From Eledone cirrhosa (lineage: Eukaryota), in the NCBI GenBank assembly GCA_964016885.1, contig OZ024740.1, positions 271,808,001-271,872,000 on the forward strand: a stretch of DNA of 64,000 nucleotides. The letters run 5' to 3'. The notes below the pieces were generated by a model that did not search any database, was not told the DNA's origin, and saw nothing but the letters and a program-made list of their open reading frames with translations. A program made the position numbers and the translations under genes. This document shows positions 12,430-26,200 of the stretch, piece after piece (positions within the stretch are counted from its first letter, which is position 1; each line of letters opens with the position of its first letter).

Positions 12430-14385
12430 AATGAATAAGAGTGGGCTGAGGACCGAACCCTGATGAGCTCCTACTTGTATCTGGAATTCCTCACTAAACT
12501 CCATTCCTACTCTCACTTTACTGACAGCTCCTCTGTACATAGCTTGCACTGTCCTCACAAACCATTCCTCTACACCTAGTTTCCTTAGGGACCACCAGAT
12601 GACTGATCGGGGGTACCCTATTAAAGGCCTTCTCTAGGTCAACAAAAGCTAAGTATAGTGGCTTATTCTTCTCTAAGAACCTCTCTTGTAGTTGTCTCAC
12701 TTAGAAGAGGGCTTCTGTTGTACTATTCCCAGGCACAAAACCAAACTGCATCTCATCTAATTTGATTTTTTTTCTTATTAGTTGTGCTAATATTCTTTCT
12801 GTCACTTTCATAACCTGATCCATCAGTTTTATGGCCCTATAATTGTTTCTCTTCGGAGCATACCCTTTACCTTTGTAGCAATCTATAAGAATACTGCTGC
12901 ACCAGTCTTTGGGTATGACTCACCATATATAGCTTGATTGACTATGCGTGCAATCAGTTTAGTTCCTACTTCTCCTGATGCCTTCAGCATCTCAGCAACT
13001 ATCCCTGATGGTCCAGCGACCTTACAACTTTTCATTTCCTTAATTGCCTCTTAGACCCTATAGTCATCAACCTCAATAGCTCGTCCCTCTGTTGAGTCAA
13101 TTGGGGGTAGTTTCTCTCTCTCCCATTCATCAGTCTCTCATAATGACATTTCCAGGCCTCCTTTTTCTGAGCATCAGTGACACTAAGTGCACCAGCATCA
13201 TTTTGGACACACTTATTTCCAACAACATCCTGATTTACACTGCCTTGCAATGCGGAACACTTCATGTCTCTGATCCTCTCGTCGCAGAACATTGGCAAAC
13301 CACCTACTCTCAGCTTCCCGGCATGCTAAGTATACCTGACATCTAGTCTCTCTTTTAGCGGCTGAGTATCAGTCTCTACTCCCCACCCCCATTTTTCCAA
13401 TCCTTCCATACTTGTCTTTTGTCTTTAATGGCTCTATCTACCATGCTGTTCCACCACCAAGTAACCTTCTGTCTGGTTGGAGCTTTGCTCCAGCCACAAG
13501 TCTCTTCAGTTGCTTGCAGTAAGTTGTTACGTAAGAACTTTCAGTTATCTTCTATGTCATACAATTCTAATTCATCTTCTTTCTCGTCATACACATCTTG
13601 AAGGGCTTTCCTAAATTTATATTTAAGTGAAAGGTCTTTTAGCTTCCAGACCTTCCTGTGTGTCTCATTCTGTCTCAAGCTTATTGAGATATCACTAACG
13701 ACTAACCTCTGCTGTGGAGTACATTCTTCCCCAGGGTATGCCTTAGCATTCGAAACCATCTGTCTGTCTCAAAGCCTAACTAGCAAGAAGTCAATCTGGC
13801 TCATGTGCTCACCTGATTGGTAGGTTATTAGATGGTTGGCAGGTTTCCTGAAGTTAGTGTTGCAAATGGTTAGATCACTTGCATCACAAAATTCAAAAAG
13901 CCTCACTCCTTCATTTCTTGAGCCATAACCATGACCACCATGTACTCCAGTGTACCTGCTAGTATAACTAGGTCTCTGTCCTTTGTCACTATGGTTGTCT
14001 CTAGAAGTTTCTCATAAAAGCAGTCCTTCTCTTCTTTACCTAGGCCCACTTGGGGAGCATAGGTAGAGATAATTGTCAGCAGTCTATTGCCTACAACTAA
14101 TCTAATCTTAATTATTCTATTACTTACTCTAACAACCTCTATTGTCTTGTTGATCCACTTCTCGGCCAGTAAAATGCCTATCCCACCTAACCCATCATCA
14201 TTTCCTACTCAGGGAAGCTTATAGCTAAGCTGTTTCCTGCGATTAATCTTGCTGAGACACCTCTCGATCTCACCTCTTGCATGCAGCACACATCCACATG
14301 TCTTCTCTCTAGCATATCCACTATCTCACCAGATCTACCTCTCAGGGTGCCAACATTAAGTGTAGCAAACCTGAGATGTGTCATC
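12430..14385 (-). mobile_element. Decayed RTE-clade LINE (APE plus N-terminal part of RT)
   Basis: Fragments read LAFVDLEKAFNRVP, HQGSVLSP and PGEECTPQQRLVVSD, with many frameshifts. Confidence 0.85.
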
Positions 14386-14489
14386 TTTTGTTGATTTTTT
14401 CCTTTTCTGTGAAGAACATATTTAGAATCATTATCCTCATTATTACTGTTGTGTGATGAGGAAATTTGATAGAAGTGTCAGTGATAGGC

Positions 14490-15123
14490 ACATTTTTCAA
14501 ATGCAGGTAAGATTTATAGAGGTAGTTGATAGCTTCCTATGCCTAGGTGATCTGATTAGCAAGGGAGGAGGATGCTCCAAGGCCATAGTATCTAGAACAA
14601 GGACAAGATGGAAGAAGTTTAGAGAGCTGCTTCCTCTGTTGACAATGAAGGGTCTCTCCCTATGAACGAAAGGTTTGTTATATGATGCCTGTGTGAGATG
14701 CGCAATGCTGCATGGTAGTGAGACATGGGCAGCAACTGCGGACGATATGCGATAACTGGAGAGAAATGAAGCAACCATGCTCCGATGGATGTGCAATATC
14801 AATGTGCGTGAACGACCAAGCATAGACGAGTTGAGGGATAAACTGTAGTATGTGGGAGAGAAGACTGCGTTGGTATAGCCATGTGATGTGCATGGAAGAT
14901 GATAGCTGGGTGAAGAAGTGCCAAGAAATCCCGGTGGAAGAAAGACGCAGTAGAGGAAGACCATGAAAAACATGGGTGGAGGTAGTGAGAGCTGACCTCA
15001 GATTGCTGAAGCTCACAGAGGAGTTGACGAGGGACCGTCTTGAATGGAGAGATGCGTGCTGAAGAGGACCTGTCCCACCTTTGCAAGCAGGGAAAAACGG
15101 ACGTAAAATGATGATGATGATGA
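14490..15123 (+). mobile_element. RTE LINE 3' end with (GAT)n tail
   Basis: EVVDSFLCLGDLIS...WKKFRELLPLL, HGSETW and RGRP motifs. Ends ggacgtaaaatgatgatgatg. Confidence 0.85.
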
Positions 15124-15173
15124 TATACATATACATGTATACATACACACACATATATATATATATATACACT

Positions 15174-15206
<33 letters not shown>

Positions 15207-16075
15207 TAGGGTGGCCCTTAGCAATAGGTAATTTTCCAAAAGTTAAAATTTTGCTGCAATCAACAAAAACACAGGGTGTGCAACATTTCAACTGAATTGA
15301 ACAACTGTTAAGTGACCCTCAAACGCCTTGAAGTTGGAACATAGAATACGCAACAATTAATTCTGTTCAAAAGCGGTATACTGTTCTCTATCTTGATCAT
15401 TTTCTTTTTTCTTCTTAGAGAAAATGGACACATCCAGTCAACACGAGCAAATGTTTAAAAACGTACTGAAATAAATTTACCAATAGTTAATTTGAAAAAT
15501 TCCTGAAATAGCATGAAAAACTTTTAAAATATTAGGTTTTCTTAATAAAGCACACAACTTCTATAAGAGAAACGCATTTTTATTTACAACAATAATTACT
15601 ATAGAATCAAAAACATAATGTGAACACTGAACACTGAATATTGAACATTATTTTTGCATAAGAGAGGATTTAGTGGCAGTTGGGTATGGTTTACAGTTTT
15701 CAGTAACGATCTGTAAAACAAATTGTTTCTCACTTTCATCTTTTGTGAGAATGTACTTGTAATCCTGAATGAGTTTGACACCTCTTTCTGCTCTGCAACA
15801 TCATTCACAACAACTGTCTTCTCAAGTTTTTCAAATCCATTTTTGTAACCAGGATCATCCTGCCATGTTGAAGTGTCTTTGTCGAAGAAATCGGTGCTGA
15901 TAGAAAATCTTGTGAAGAAAATGTTTGTACCGGGAGTTACAAAAGACAAAAACTCGATGTTTGTAAAGGAAGAAAAATCATTTTGGTGCAGAATATACCT
16001 CTTCAGTTGATTATTTTCTTGTTCCTCTTCTTTACCTTTGTCTGCTTCCAGCATAACTTGAGCAATATTTGCCTT
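15207..16075 (-). mobile_element. DNA transposon remnant, probably hATm-type, with transposase C-terminus
   Basis: Terminus TAGGGTGG at ~15207. Frameshifted VVVNDVAE-(R)GVKLIQDY..LTKDE..KQFVLQ motif. A second similar terminus lies at ~16322. Confidence 0.6.
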
Positions 16076-17624
16076 AACCTCTCCTTGCTCTCCTTTACTC
16101 CTATCTATGTACTTGTTTATATACAAATACAATGAGAAAAGGGGAGCAAGGAGAAATATGAAAGCAAGGATAGTAAGGAGAGTATATATATATATATACA
16201 TATCATATATATATACATATCATATATATATACATATCATATATATATATATATATATATATTACTCAATACCGAGTACTCATTTCTCTCAGCTGTCAAC
16301 CACATATGGATATATGTATATTAGGGTGGGCCATAGCTATAGGTAATTTTCAGAAAGTTAAAATTTTGCTGCTCTCACAGCGAAAAAATAGGTGTTTGTC
16401 CTATACCTGCACTCTGTCCCCAGCTTTGCAAGTTGCCTTCCCCATTATATTTATTGTCACTTATCCTTCTAATACCAAGAATAAGTCTGAACAAGTTTTT
16501 AATTTAAGAGAAAATTATATAAGAGATAAAAGATTTTTATCTGAAAAAATGACTTTCCAGGTGAAAACTTCAAAATTTCACAGTCGGTGAGGGTTGCCTT
16601 GCAGTTGTCCGTTTGAGCTAAAGTTTTGCATAGATTGTTTTTTTTTTGTTAATTGGAATGACTTTGGTAGGATTTGAACTAGGAACATAAAGAGCCAGAA
16701 CAAGTACCACAAAGAATTTTCTTTGGGCTGTTTCTGCCAATCAACTACCCTCAATCTGCCAAATGATGGTAATGGTTTCTGATTCAGACACAAGACTAAC
16801 AACTGGTGCTTTATTTTATTGAACCTGTAAGGATGAAAACGAAAGCTAACCTCAGCAGGATTTGAACTCAAATGTATAGGACCATAACTCGTGCTGTAAA
16901 GTATGTTGTCCGACAATATCCAGATACTGACAATGCACCCTCCTCTGCCAAATAATAATAATACTTTTGTCAGTTAGTTTAATTATGTCATCACTCTGGC
17001 TCTGGAGGTACCAAAGTGTGAAAAGTTTGTGAAGTGATAGATAGTCATTTAAGATATTTTTTCAAAAATTACGTAGATCCAAATTATCATGACAAACAGG
17101 TCAATAAAGTTTAACTGTTCCTCATCTTCCCCTCTCTCTATTCCGAAGTTATTAATCCTTCAACACCAACTGAAATTTTATCTCTCTCTCTCTCCAGCAA
17201 ATAATTTTGTCCAAAACATTAGGCTTTCCTTCTTTACAGCAAACTGATAAGAAACTCTCAGGAGAGCTGGTCAGCAAAAGGTCTTCAGAGAAGAAACCTC
17301 CCTCAAGCAAGTGTTTCAGCCCTTAGCTTCTTACACTCTAAAGGGACCAGAACACATCCAGGTCATGACTCCTGGGTACCCTATTCCATTGCTTGAATCA
17401 CTGTAGAATTAGACTAATTGATATTGGTGTTAAGATTTTTGACATTACTCTTCTCAACAAATTTGTAGTGCTAGCGATGCCCATAACTGATCAAGTCTGT
17501 GAATGTATTGATCTATCTTCTGATAACTCCTGGAAGCAGGTTAGTCATTGTATTTGGTGGCTCAATTGTCACATTCAGCTCAGTGAGTAATCAGTCACTG
17601 TGGAGTGTCATAGAATTAGACAGT

Positions 17625-18030
17625 CCTCCCCCTCCTCCTGTCCGTTATGCCCACTGGCATGCAGGGCAGCAACAAAGGTTCTCCATTCCTGTCTGTCCTG
17701 GGCCAGTTTCCGGATAGTACCTAATGCGTATTGCCAAGTCTTCATTTATCTCACAATTGTTCTTTGGCCTTCCTTGTTTTCACTTGCTTTCTGATGTCCA
17801 GTGAAGGGCTGTTCTTGGGATGCTATCTTGCTCTCTTCTGAGAACATGCCCTAGCCACTTCCATCTTTTGAGGATTCTTGATATATTCTCCTGTTGGCAT
17901 CCACTAAGCAATTCCTCATTAGAGATATTTTCAGGACAAAAAATTCTAAGAATTCTCTGTGTGAAAGACCAACAATTTGGTCAGGTCATTCTCTGCCATT
18001 CTCCATCATTCTGAGCTGTACAGAAGCAGA
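17625..18030 (-). mobile_element. RTE-type LINE 3' fragment
   Basis: Minus strand shows RWKWLGHVLR and ALHWT-like residues. Confidence 0.65.
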
Positions 18031-18919
18031 CAGTATGACCAAAGTCAGGTCAAATGGAATGGACATCTAAGTATTTGAAGTAAGAGTGCTGTTTGGCAGG
18101 GTAGTGCAATACTCATCAACCTTGTAATTAAGAGAGTATTTACTAATGGTCTAATTGAGTGCCAAGAAGTCCTAAGTTAGACATTGACAATGCTGATGAG
18201 CTTGTGCTTGTCTTACACTAGATGAGTTTGCTTCCATATTCTGATTGGAAAGTCAGTGCAGTCAAAACTAAGTTGTGGCTTTACAAAAGTCAAGCAGCAG
18301 AAAGTGGAAAAGGTTTTTACATAGGCACAACCTTCAAACCATTTCACAAATCAAAAAATGATACTCGAAGGATATATTAATATAGATCATGCTTCATTTG
18401 TAAAACTGACACTCAGGCTATGCTTCCTAAGGATCAAACTCTGCTTATAAACATTTTTTTTTTTCAAGCACTGATACACTCAAATAGTCTCTACTTGTGA
18501 AAATGTGTGCTTATAAACTGAACATGTCTACCTTTTAAGGGTGCTTTTACCTCCTTAACTGAGTGCAGGTATGTGACCCAATTGCTATAAAATAACTCAT
18601 GCAAACCAAACACACTATTTTTGTATATTTAACCATTCATATTCTCCAAAAACCATTATTCATGCTGCCTGGATTGGTAATGCTGTTGATTTGCTTTTAA
18701 GACATGACTCTACGTTATCAAGACTTTACATTGGCCACAGTTGGGACCAGGCTTTCACCTGCTGAGGCCCTAAGCTATACAAAATTTGAGACCCTGAGCA
18801 TGGGTACATCATCCTTTACATTAATTCTATATTCTCAGCATTTCAAAGTCTGATCATTTGGTTATGTACATAATTATTATTTTATGTATTAATGTTAATG
18901 ATAAAGAATATATATATAT

Positions 18920-19128
18920 ATCATCACCGTTTTACGTCCGTTCTTCCATGCTAGCATGTGTTAGACGGGTTGTCCTGTTGTGGGCAGTGCCTATCATCTC
19001 ATTTCTACAGCTGAGTAAACTGGAGCAATGTGAAATAAAGTGTCTTGCTCAAGGAAACAACACATCACCCGGTTCGAGTATTGAACTCACAACAATTGCA
19101 AGCCCAATGCTCTAACCACTAAGCCACA
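18920..19128 (-). mobile_element. Family B SINE (internally deleted)
   Basis: Matches the head and the ggacgtaaaacggtgatgat tail of 63008-63444. Confidence 0.8.
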
Positions 19129-19365
19129 TACATACATACAAAGAGGGTGTGGTAAGATACCAGGTGGACCATAACGCACCAGAGTACTCAATACTGAGGA
19201 TGGGATGAGAAGGAAGGATGACAGGAGAGTGTGAGTGATGGGTTACACATGGAAGTGAGTGATAGATGCCAGCTGAGTTTCGTGCAGGAGAGAAAGTAAT
19301 GGTTAGTGGTAGAGGGTGACGGTAATGAATATGAACATAAATTATGGATATCATATCAGGTGGAT

Positions 19366-19567
19366 ATACAAGGGTCGCCTGAAAAGTTCATAGACTGACT
19401 AAGATACTCTCATGGAATGACCAAATGAGCTTTATTTTTCAACATAGTCGTTGGAAAGAAACAATGCAGTTATTAATAAGAAGAGTTGAAATTAATGCAT
19501 GCAAGATTTTACAGCTCTAGCACCACTCCTTCATAGTCAGCCTATGAATTTTTCAGTCCCTCATATA
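19366..19567. mobile_element. Tc1/mariner-like MITE
   Basis: tacaaggg..tgaaaagttcatag / ctatgaatttttcagtccctcata. A related copy lies at ~43957-44140. Confidence 0.65.
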
Positions 19568-22500
19568 AGCCTATATGTAGCTAAGTCATATTAACAGATT
19601 CTGTTGATATTTAGAAACATATTTCATCATAATCTTCTATATGTGATTTTGGTGATTAAAACATCATCACGCTGCATGAGTTCCAAAGATCAAAGAAAAG
19701 TTATGAATAAACCAATGAAATCCATCTTTGGTAATCCAACAATGACAAGAAATTAACTTCATTTTAATTCAATATAATTGCTGTATATGCTGGTGTACAA
19801 GTCTCACCCATTTTGCATTCAACCGTCTTGATTTTTAGGTCCAGTAGCTAAGTCACAAGTTGGCTTTTACATATTGAGATTTTTTTTTTTTAATGGAAAG
19901 AGGTGTGACTTATACACAAGTATATATGATATACTCAATATTAAAACAAAGTTATTTCCAGCTTGATAACCTTACCACACACTTCAGTCTGATAGTTTTA
20001 ATCTTCAACCTGTTATAATCACTGTAGGTGTTGCTATAGCCCAACATGTTCAGATCCCACTAACATTATTCACACCCCTTTGTACCACACCTCTTTTTTA
20101 GAGCATGTGCTTGGGGGTAAAATTGCTTCTTCAAAAACATACCTGGTGAATTCTGCTGTTTTTAGTCATAACCAAAGTTTTGTATTGATATTCAAACAAA
20201 CTTCATTTAAACTTGAGAAAAAAAACTGTTGCTAAGATAATTGTTAAGATACCCTTTAAAAATATCTTGCTTTGAACCATGGAGATATATATAACAGAGC
20301 CTATCTGTTCACACATACCTACCCCACCAGTAAAGTGCATTAGTTAAAGGTTGATTATTATTGTAGGAAGATGTTAATAGAAGATCAAGCTCTCAATGTA
20401 GAGAACCTTCTAGAGATTCTGTAGTGCTAGTCTTTACAATAAAAATATTTAAGCAGTTTAATGTTGTCTTGTGAAATGCTCAAGTCGCAAAAACGTGAAA
20501 ACAGGCTGGAAAGTGTTCCCTAATACTAGATGTCCTTTAGCAAACGCTGTAGTTCACTAGCATTATACTGAGACGTTTCTCTGGATAGAAGAATAGGATA
20601 CCAGTCTATCCTAGACCTGAACTTAGCGATATAAGCTAACAAAATATCTTAAATTGATTTTATACAGTTGTCAATGTAAGCACCATTGACTGTTCCTAGC
20701 CTGTATTATAGTTAGCTTTCAAATTGTAGTAATCCACCTAAGTGTTTTAGCTACAGATGTAACACAGTGCTAGTGTCAACAAGATACCTCTCCAAATAGT
20801 TATTTTGTTATCTACCAATTTGGTAATCCAAATTTCCTTTTTTAGTGCTGGTGTCTTACATTATTTCATTTATGAAAGCCAAAGAAAACATTTGGAGATA
20901 AAGCTCTAGGTATTAACAAATTTCTCTAATACTTCTGTTATGATAAAATGTTGGCATAATGGCTGATACTAGGGGAAAAAAACATGCCCACTCCTAAAAT
21001 CCTCAGTCAAATCTTAAGCAAAACACTAGCCAGAAACACCAAGATGCATAGCAAATTCTTCAAACATATGTGAAGACCAAGAAATGGAGAAGGATGTTAG
21101 TTTTACAAACTTATATCATAATGATGGTCGCAATGGTAGACAAATTCTTCAAACATTTGTGAAGATTAAGACAGAGATGGATGTTACTGTTTTACAAACT
21201 TATATCACCATGATGGTGGTAATGGTAGACAAAAGCAATATTTTAAATAAAGAAAAAGAACATTGTCAGACAAGAAAAATATGCATGGATTTTGTTCAAA
21301 TTATTTACCTGAGAAATAAAACATATAAAACAAAACAGCAAGCTAGTATTTTCAACATTTCTTTTTAATGAAATATCATGAAATCAATGTAATTATTTAA
21401 TGGAAAGTATCTTTTTTTTAAGTTTATTTATTAATTTAGAATTTCTTTTTATCTTTCTCTCATTCTATTTCATTCACTTTTCCTATCTTTCTCTCTCACT
21501 CTCACTCTTTTCATCTTACATATCAAATGGAGAAAGACTCATAACAATGTCTACCTCTCTATTTTTTAATAAAACAGTTTCTTTGTATTCAATTCTTGTC
21601 TTTATATATTTGGTATGTTTTTTGGTGTGATGTATTTTTCCCCTTCTATTTTCATCTTTTTCTTGTTTGTCAGTAGTTATATTTTCATTGAACACAATGT
21701 TTTACAAATAAACATGAACACAAGAGAAAAGAAAATTAAACAAAAATATACATATGGAATAAAATAAAAGAACTGGGTTGTATTTTTTTCAAATATTTGT
21801 ACCAATTTTTTCCCTTGTTTTTCTTTTTTTTAAAAGATGAATACTTATTGAAAAGGCATCCTATTGCACTAAATTTAATAAAATGGTCTTAATCCTTTAT
21901 CCTTTTTGCTGTCTAATTCTTAATAAAGAAAGCTGTGCAAATTATTATTTCCGAGTTGAAAACTAAAAGGTGCCATATACTGACAGGTAGTTTAATCTCT
22001 AACACTGGCAACAAGGCCACAAATTACGGGGATGGGGTAGGGGCACAGTTAATTAAATCAGTACTTAACTGGTACTTGATTTTTATCAACCCTAGAAGGA
22101 TGAAAGGCAAAAATCGACCCTGGCACAATTTGAACTCAGTATGTAAAGAGATGTCATTAAATACCCCAAGGAATTTAGTTGTGCACTCTTATCAAATCTG
22201 CCACTTCACTGCCCTACTGAGAGATATCATTTTTTTTTTTCAAATCAGAAACTATTTGAAATAAAAAGAAATTATATTAATTCATTTTTTTTTAACATCA
22301 CAAAAATGTTCTAATTTTTTCTTAAAAGAAAATAAAAAATACTTAACATAAAAGTTACCAAAACCAGAGAATGGTGACTCTAAGAAAGAAATTACACAAA
22401 AGCTTTTTTTTTCATCTAATTACATTCAACACCCAACTATCTGCAGGTAGTGAAAGAACAGGATACAATAATAATTTTATCTGAAGCATCAATAATGCTG

Positions 22501-23273
22501 ACTAATTTGAGCTAAACGAGCAAATGTTTTGTCTTTTTGTTTTATTTTGTTTTTAGCTCAGAATAAGGTTTCCCTTTTCTCCAAAAAAAAAAAAAAAAAA
22601 TGAAAGAAAAATAAAATAAAATCATAAACAATTTAAAATAGGTATATTGGAACACCTTTGCATATTTATAATTTTTGAATCATATATCTCCACGAGGTTT
22701 TCTATCATCATCATCCTTCTACAATACTTCTTCCTGTTTCAAATAAAACAACTAGAGTCTTGTTTATTTTCTGTACTTGGTTGCAGTAAATCTGCTCTTT
22801 TCTAAGATCCAATCAATAAACTCTTTGTTGAGTCATTGAATGAAAACTTTTCAGAAAATGAACTCAGAATTTATTCTGTAAGTTCGAACCCACAAGAGGC
22901 AGTGTCATCAAAAATCTTAATTCTGTGTGTATGAGTGAGTGTATTGGCAAGGTTATGTTTGTTTACTTCATTTTTTTTTGTAGTTGAATAGTTTGGATTT
23001 TTTTTTAAAACATTCTTTTCTAATTTTTCTTAAAGATGGAGATTGAAGACAGAATAATTATGAGTGACCAAGTGAGGGGAGATTGATGAAAACAGAAAAT
23101 ATAAAAGAAAGAAGGAATTAGTAAAAGTCTTAAAGTATGATAGATATGTAGAAGAAAAAAGAGAGAGAGAAGAATAATGGTAGAATATGCAGATTAAAGA
23201 ATGTAAATAAAACGTTAAGGAAGTCAAAGTAAAAAGTGGAAATGTGGTAGAGAAGAGCCTAGCTAAATGTGTG

Positions 23274-26200
23274 TTACTTGAGGCCAAGAAATCCATACAA
23301 GTGTTCAATATGTTTTATAACAGTGTCTAAGAAATTGGGTTTTTCTCTGTGGATGGACCGTGCCCCAGAGATAGCTGTGGAAGTGGTACTGGTAGTTGTG
23401 GTTGTCGATGTTGTTGTTCCTGATGTTGTGGCAGATGCTGTCTCCTTGTTAGGGCTGTGTTGTTCACATTTCGTATCAGTTTCTTTGCCTTCTTCTGAAG
23501 ACAGCCTACCACTACCAGACTGACCAGCACCGCTACCAATGCCACCAGTTCCACTTAATGAGCTTTCAGATGCTATCTGGAAACTAGGAGACACCTCTTC
23601 AGCGTTGTTGTCAGTCTCCATTTCATCAGGGTCATTACTGAATCGCTGGCGCTTCGTAGGTGTCTCCATAGACTCATCTGCTTCAGAACTGTTCAAGTGT
23701 TCTGAGCGGGTTAGCTTTTCAGCTGTTACTGGGACTTCTGTTAATGTCTCAGTAGTAGTAATAGAAGAGTCGATGTTAATGCCTGGATTGATACTAGTTG
23801 TGGGAGATGAAGTAACAGCCGATGAAGTTGGAAGAGGACTGGAAAGAGGTGATGATGAAGATGTCTTACTGCTGTTTGGAGCAACCGTTACTGCAGTGGA
23901 AACAGTAGAGCTAGCAGCAGTGGTAGTATTTGTAGTAGTTGCTGTGGTAGTAATTGCAGTAGTAGATAAGCTAACAACACTAGTTGAACTGACAGCAACT
24001 GAAGTATCCTCGTTTTCAGATCTCTGGCGTTGTTGGTAATCACAACACACTCTGTGGATGTGTTGTAGGCTGTCTGTAAGTAAACTACTAAGTTGTTTAG
24101 GAGGTTGAACAGAAAATATTAAAAGCATGGCTCTTAGGTCACCATTAATGCGTTGGCAGATAGAAAAAAGTTCTTGATCAGTTTTTACATTTTCTGTTGC
24201 TGATTTTTCAGCAGTGATAGAAGCCACAAGACTATCAAGTAAACTTTGACCTTGGTCGTTGAGTACTTGTTGATGAACCTTAGGAAAGAAATTGCAGAAA
24301 AACTGGTAGATTATAGGGCTGTTAAGGGACATGCGTTCGTCCAATAGAACAGCATTGACATACTCAATGAAATAATAGCTGTTACACAAAACTTTTATGC
24401 AACTCTTATCAAATTGCTCTAAGTGATAGATTTCATTCCACAATTTGGCAAAATACAGTGAATGAAGGGGAACCCCTTCATAAGCAACCATTGCACTCAG
24501 ATTGATCAAGTCTTTAGTAAGGTTATGTTGATTGACAGCAACCCGGCATAGCAAGTCAATAAACAGGTGATATTGAGTGAAGAAGTCAGACAGTGCAGCA
24601 TCATAACAATCATCAACATTTCGGGAAGCTTCCAGCTGGTTGGAGTGTAGCAACATCTGAAACTGAGGCCTTGGTGGTCTGACATTAGATTTAGAGCAGA
24701 TGGTCTTTTGACCTCTGCGTGGGAAGTAAGGACCAACAGACACTGGCAGGTTGGTGTCCTGAAATGCTTTGTGGGAATCTCGCAGAATTGTAACAATAGT
24801 AGGGATTATGTCCTTTTGGAAAGTGAGTACCATTTCTTTCAGGACTTCAAAACAACTCTGACGGATTTCAGGTGGAGTATAAGAATTCAAGAGAGTAAGA
24901 AGCTTGCGAACAAACTCTGCTCTTTCATTCCAGTTAAAGATGCATTCCTTTACATGTAAAGTACTTGGGTTCTTCCGTTCCAAGTAATGCCTGGCAACTT
25001 TGAGAACAGGCAATAGCAAGGCAAGGAGTTCAACAATATCGCCAGTCACATGACACGCTGTAGCCTCATGGTACATCACATGAAGAGTAAAGAATGCTTC
25101 AGTAATCATCTGCAAACCTTGCTGGTAAATAATGAGTAGTCTGTCATCTGTACTATCAACTAGAATTTTGAAGCTGTTGATGAGTGTTTGCCAGCCAGAT
25201 CGAGCGTCTAAGTGCTGCAAATACATCTGAATAGTAGTTCGCCTGAAGTTGTTGATTGCCTTTAATTCTTCTTCTGAACTATCTTGGTGCTTCATGGACA
25301 TAACTCGCATCATTTTGAAGAGTTCTTCAACAGCAGCAGTATACTGGGCAGGATAAGGAGAAATGTTCTTAAATGCCCACAGAATATTTTGGTGCTGAGC
25401 GAGCTGCCTTGTAAAAGAACGAGACTGTTGACAGCAGATGCGCAGCAGGCCGTAGTAGGCTGGCAACATACAACGGTTGAACATGACAACTTCCTGATCA
25501 TCGTGGTCAGCGAGGATATAATTAAAAGCAATATTTTTACAGACATGTGTGTTGGTGACAATAAGTTTTACATTCTCTGGGCAGTCTAGACACACTTGAT
25601 ACCAGAACATAAGCATGGCTTGCTTGTTGTGGTGCATTGAGATCTGAGGTTCTGATAACTTAGGTTGAAACAGTTGCCATAAATCAGCAAAATAGCGGCC
25701 AAACATTAACTTTTCCTTTTTAGAAATCAAACAGTAAGTGACGACAGCAAAGTAACAAACTAGTTTGCTGGTGCCGTGAACCTGTGGGTCAACGTAGAGA
25801 CGTGCACGCGACAGCAGTGATAACAAATGCTCATAGATTTGATGTAAAACAGCTAGTGCATCCGAGGAGAGAAGCAGTTCTTTATGTGGACTCAGTATGC
25901 TTCTAGCTGTACGGAATGCTTGTCGAAAATTCAGGCTGGGAACTAAGGAAACCAATAAGAAACTTGCTGCATTTCTTACCCGTACATTGCCATGAGCAAT
26001 AAGATAACCTTCAACCCAATTGTCCATTTGCTGCAGTACCCATGCATTGGCAATTTTATTCCTAGTGACTAAATTCGAGAGCCATTCAAGACACTGATGA
26101 GGACAACATTCTGTGAGCTCCCAAAATCGCTGAAGGATATATTGTAAAAAGGGAGGCATCCCTGGTGGACCTCCGATGAATTCAACTAATAAAGACATTA

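Noticed and set aside
22583-22600. A18 tract as the retrogene poly(A) remnant
   Set aside because: Wrong strand: it is poly(U) in the USP34 transcript.
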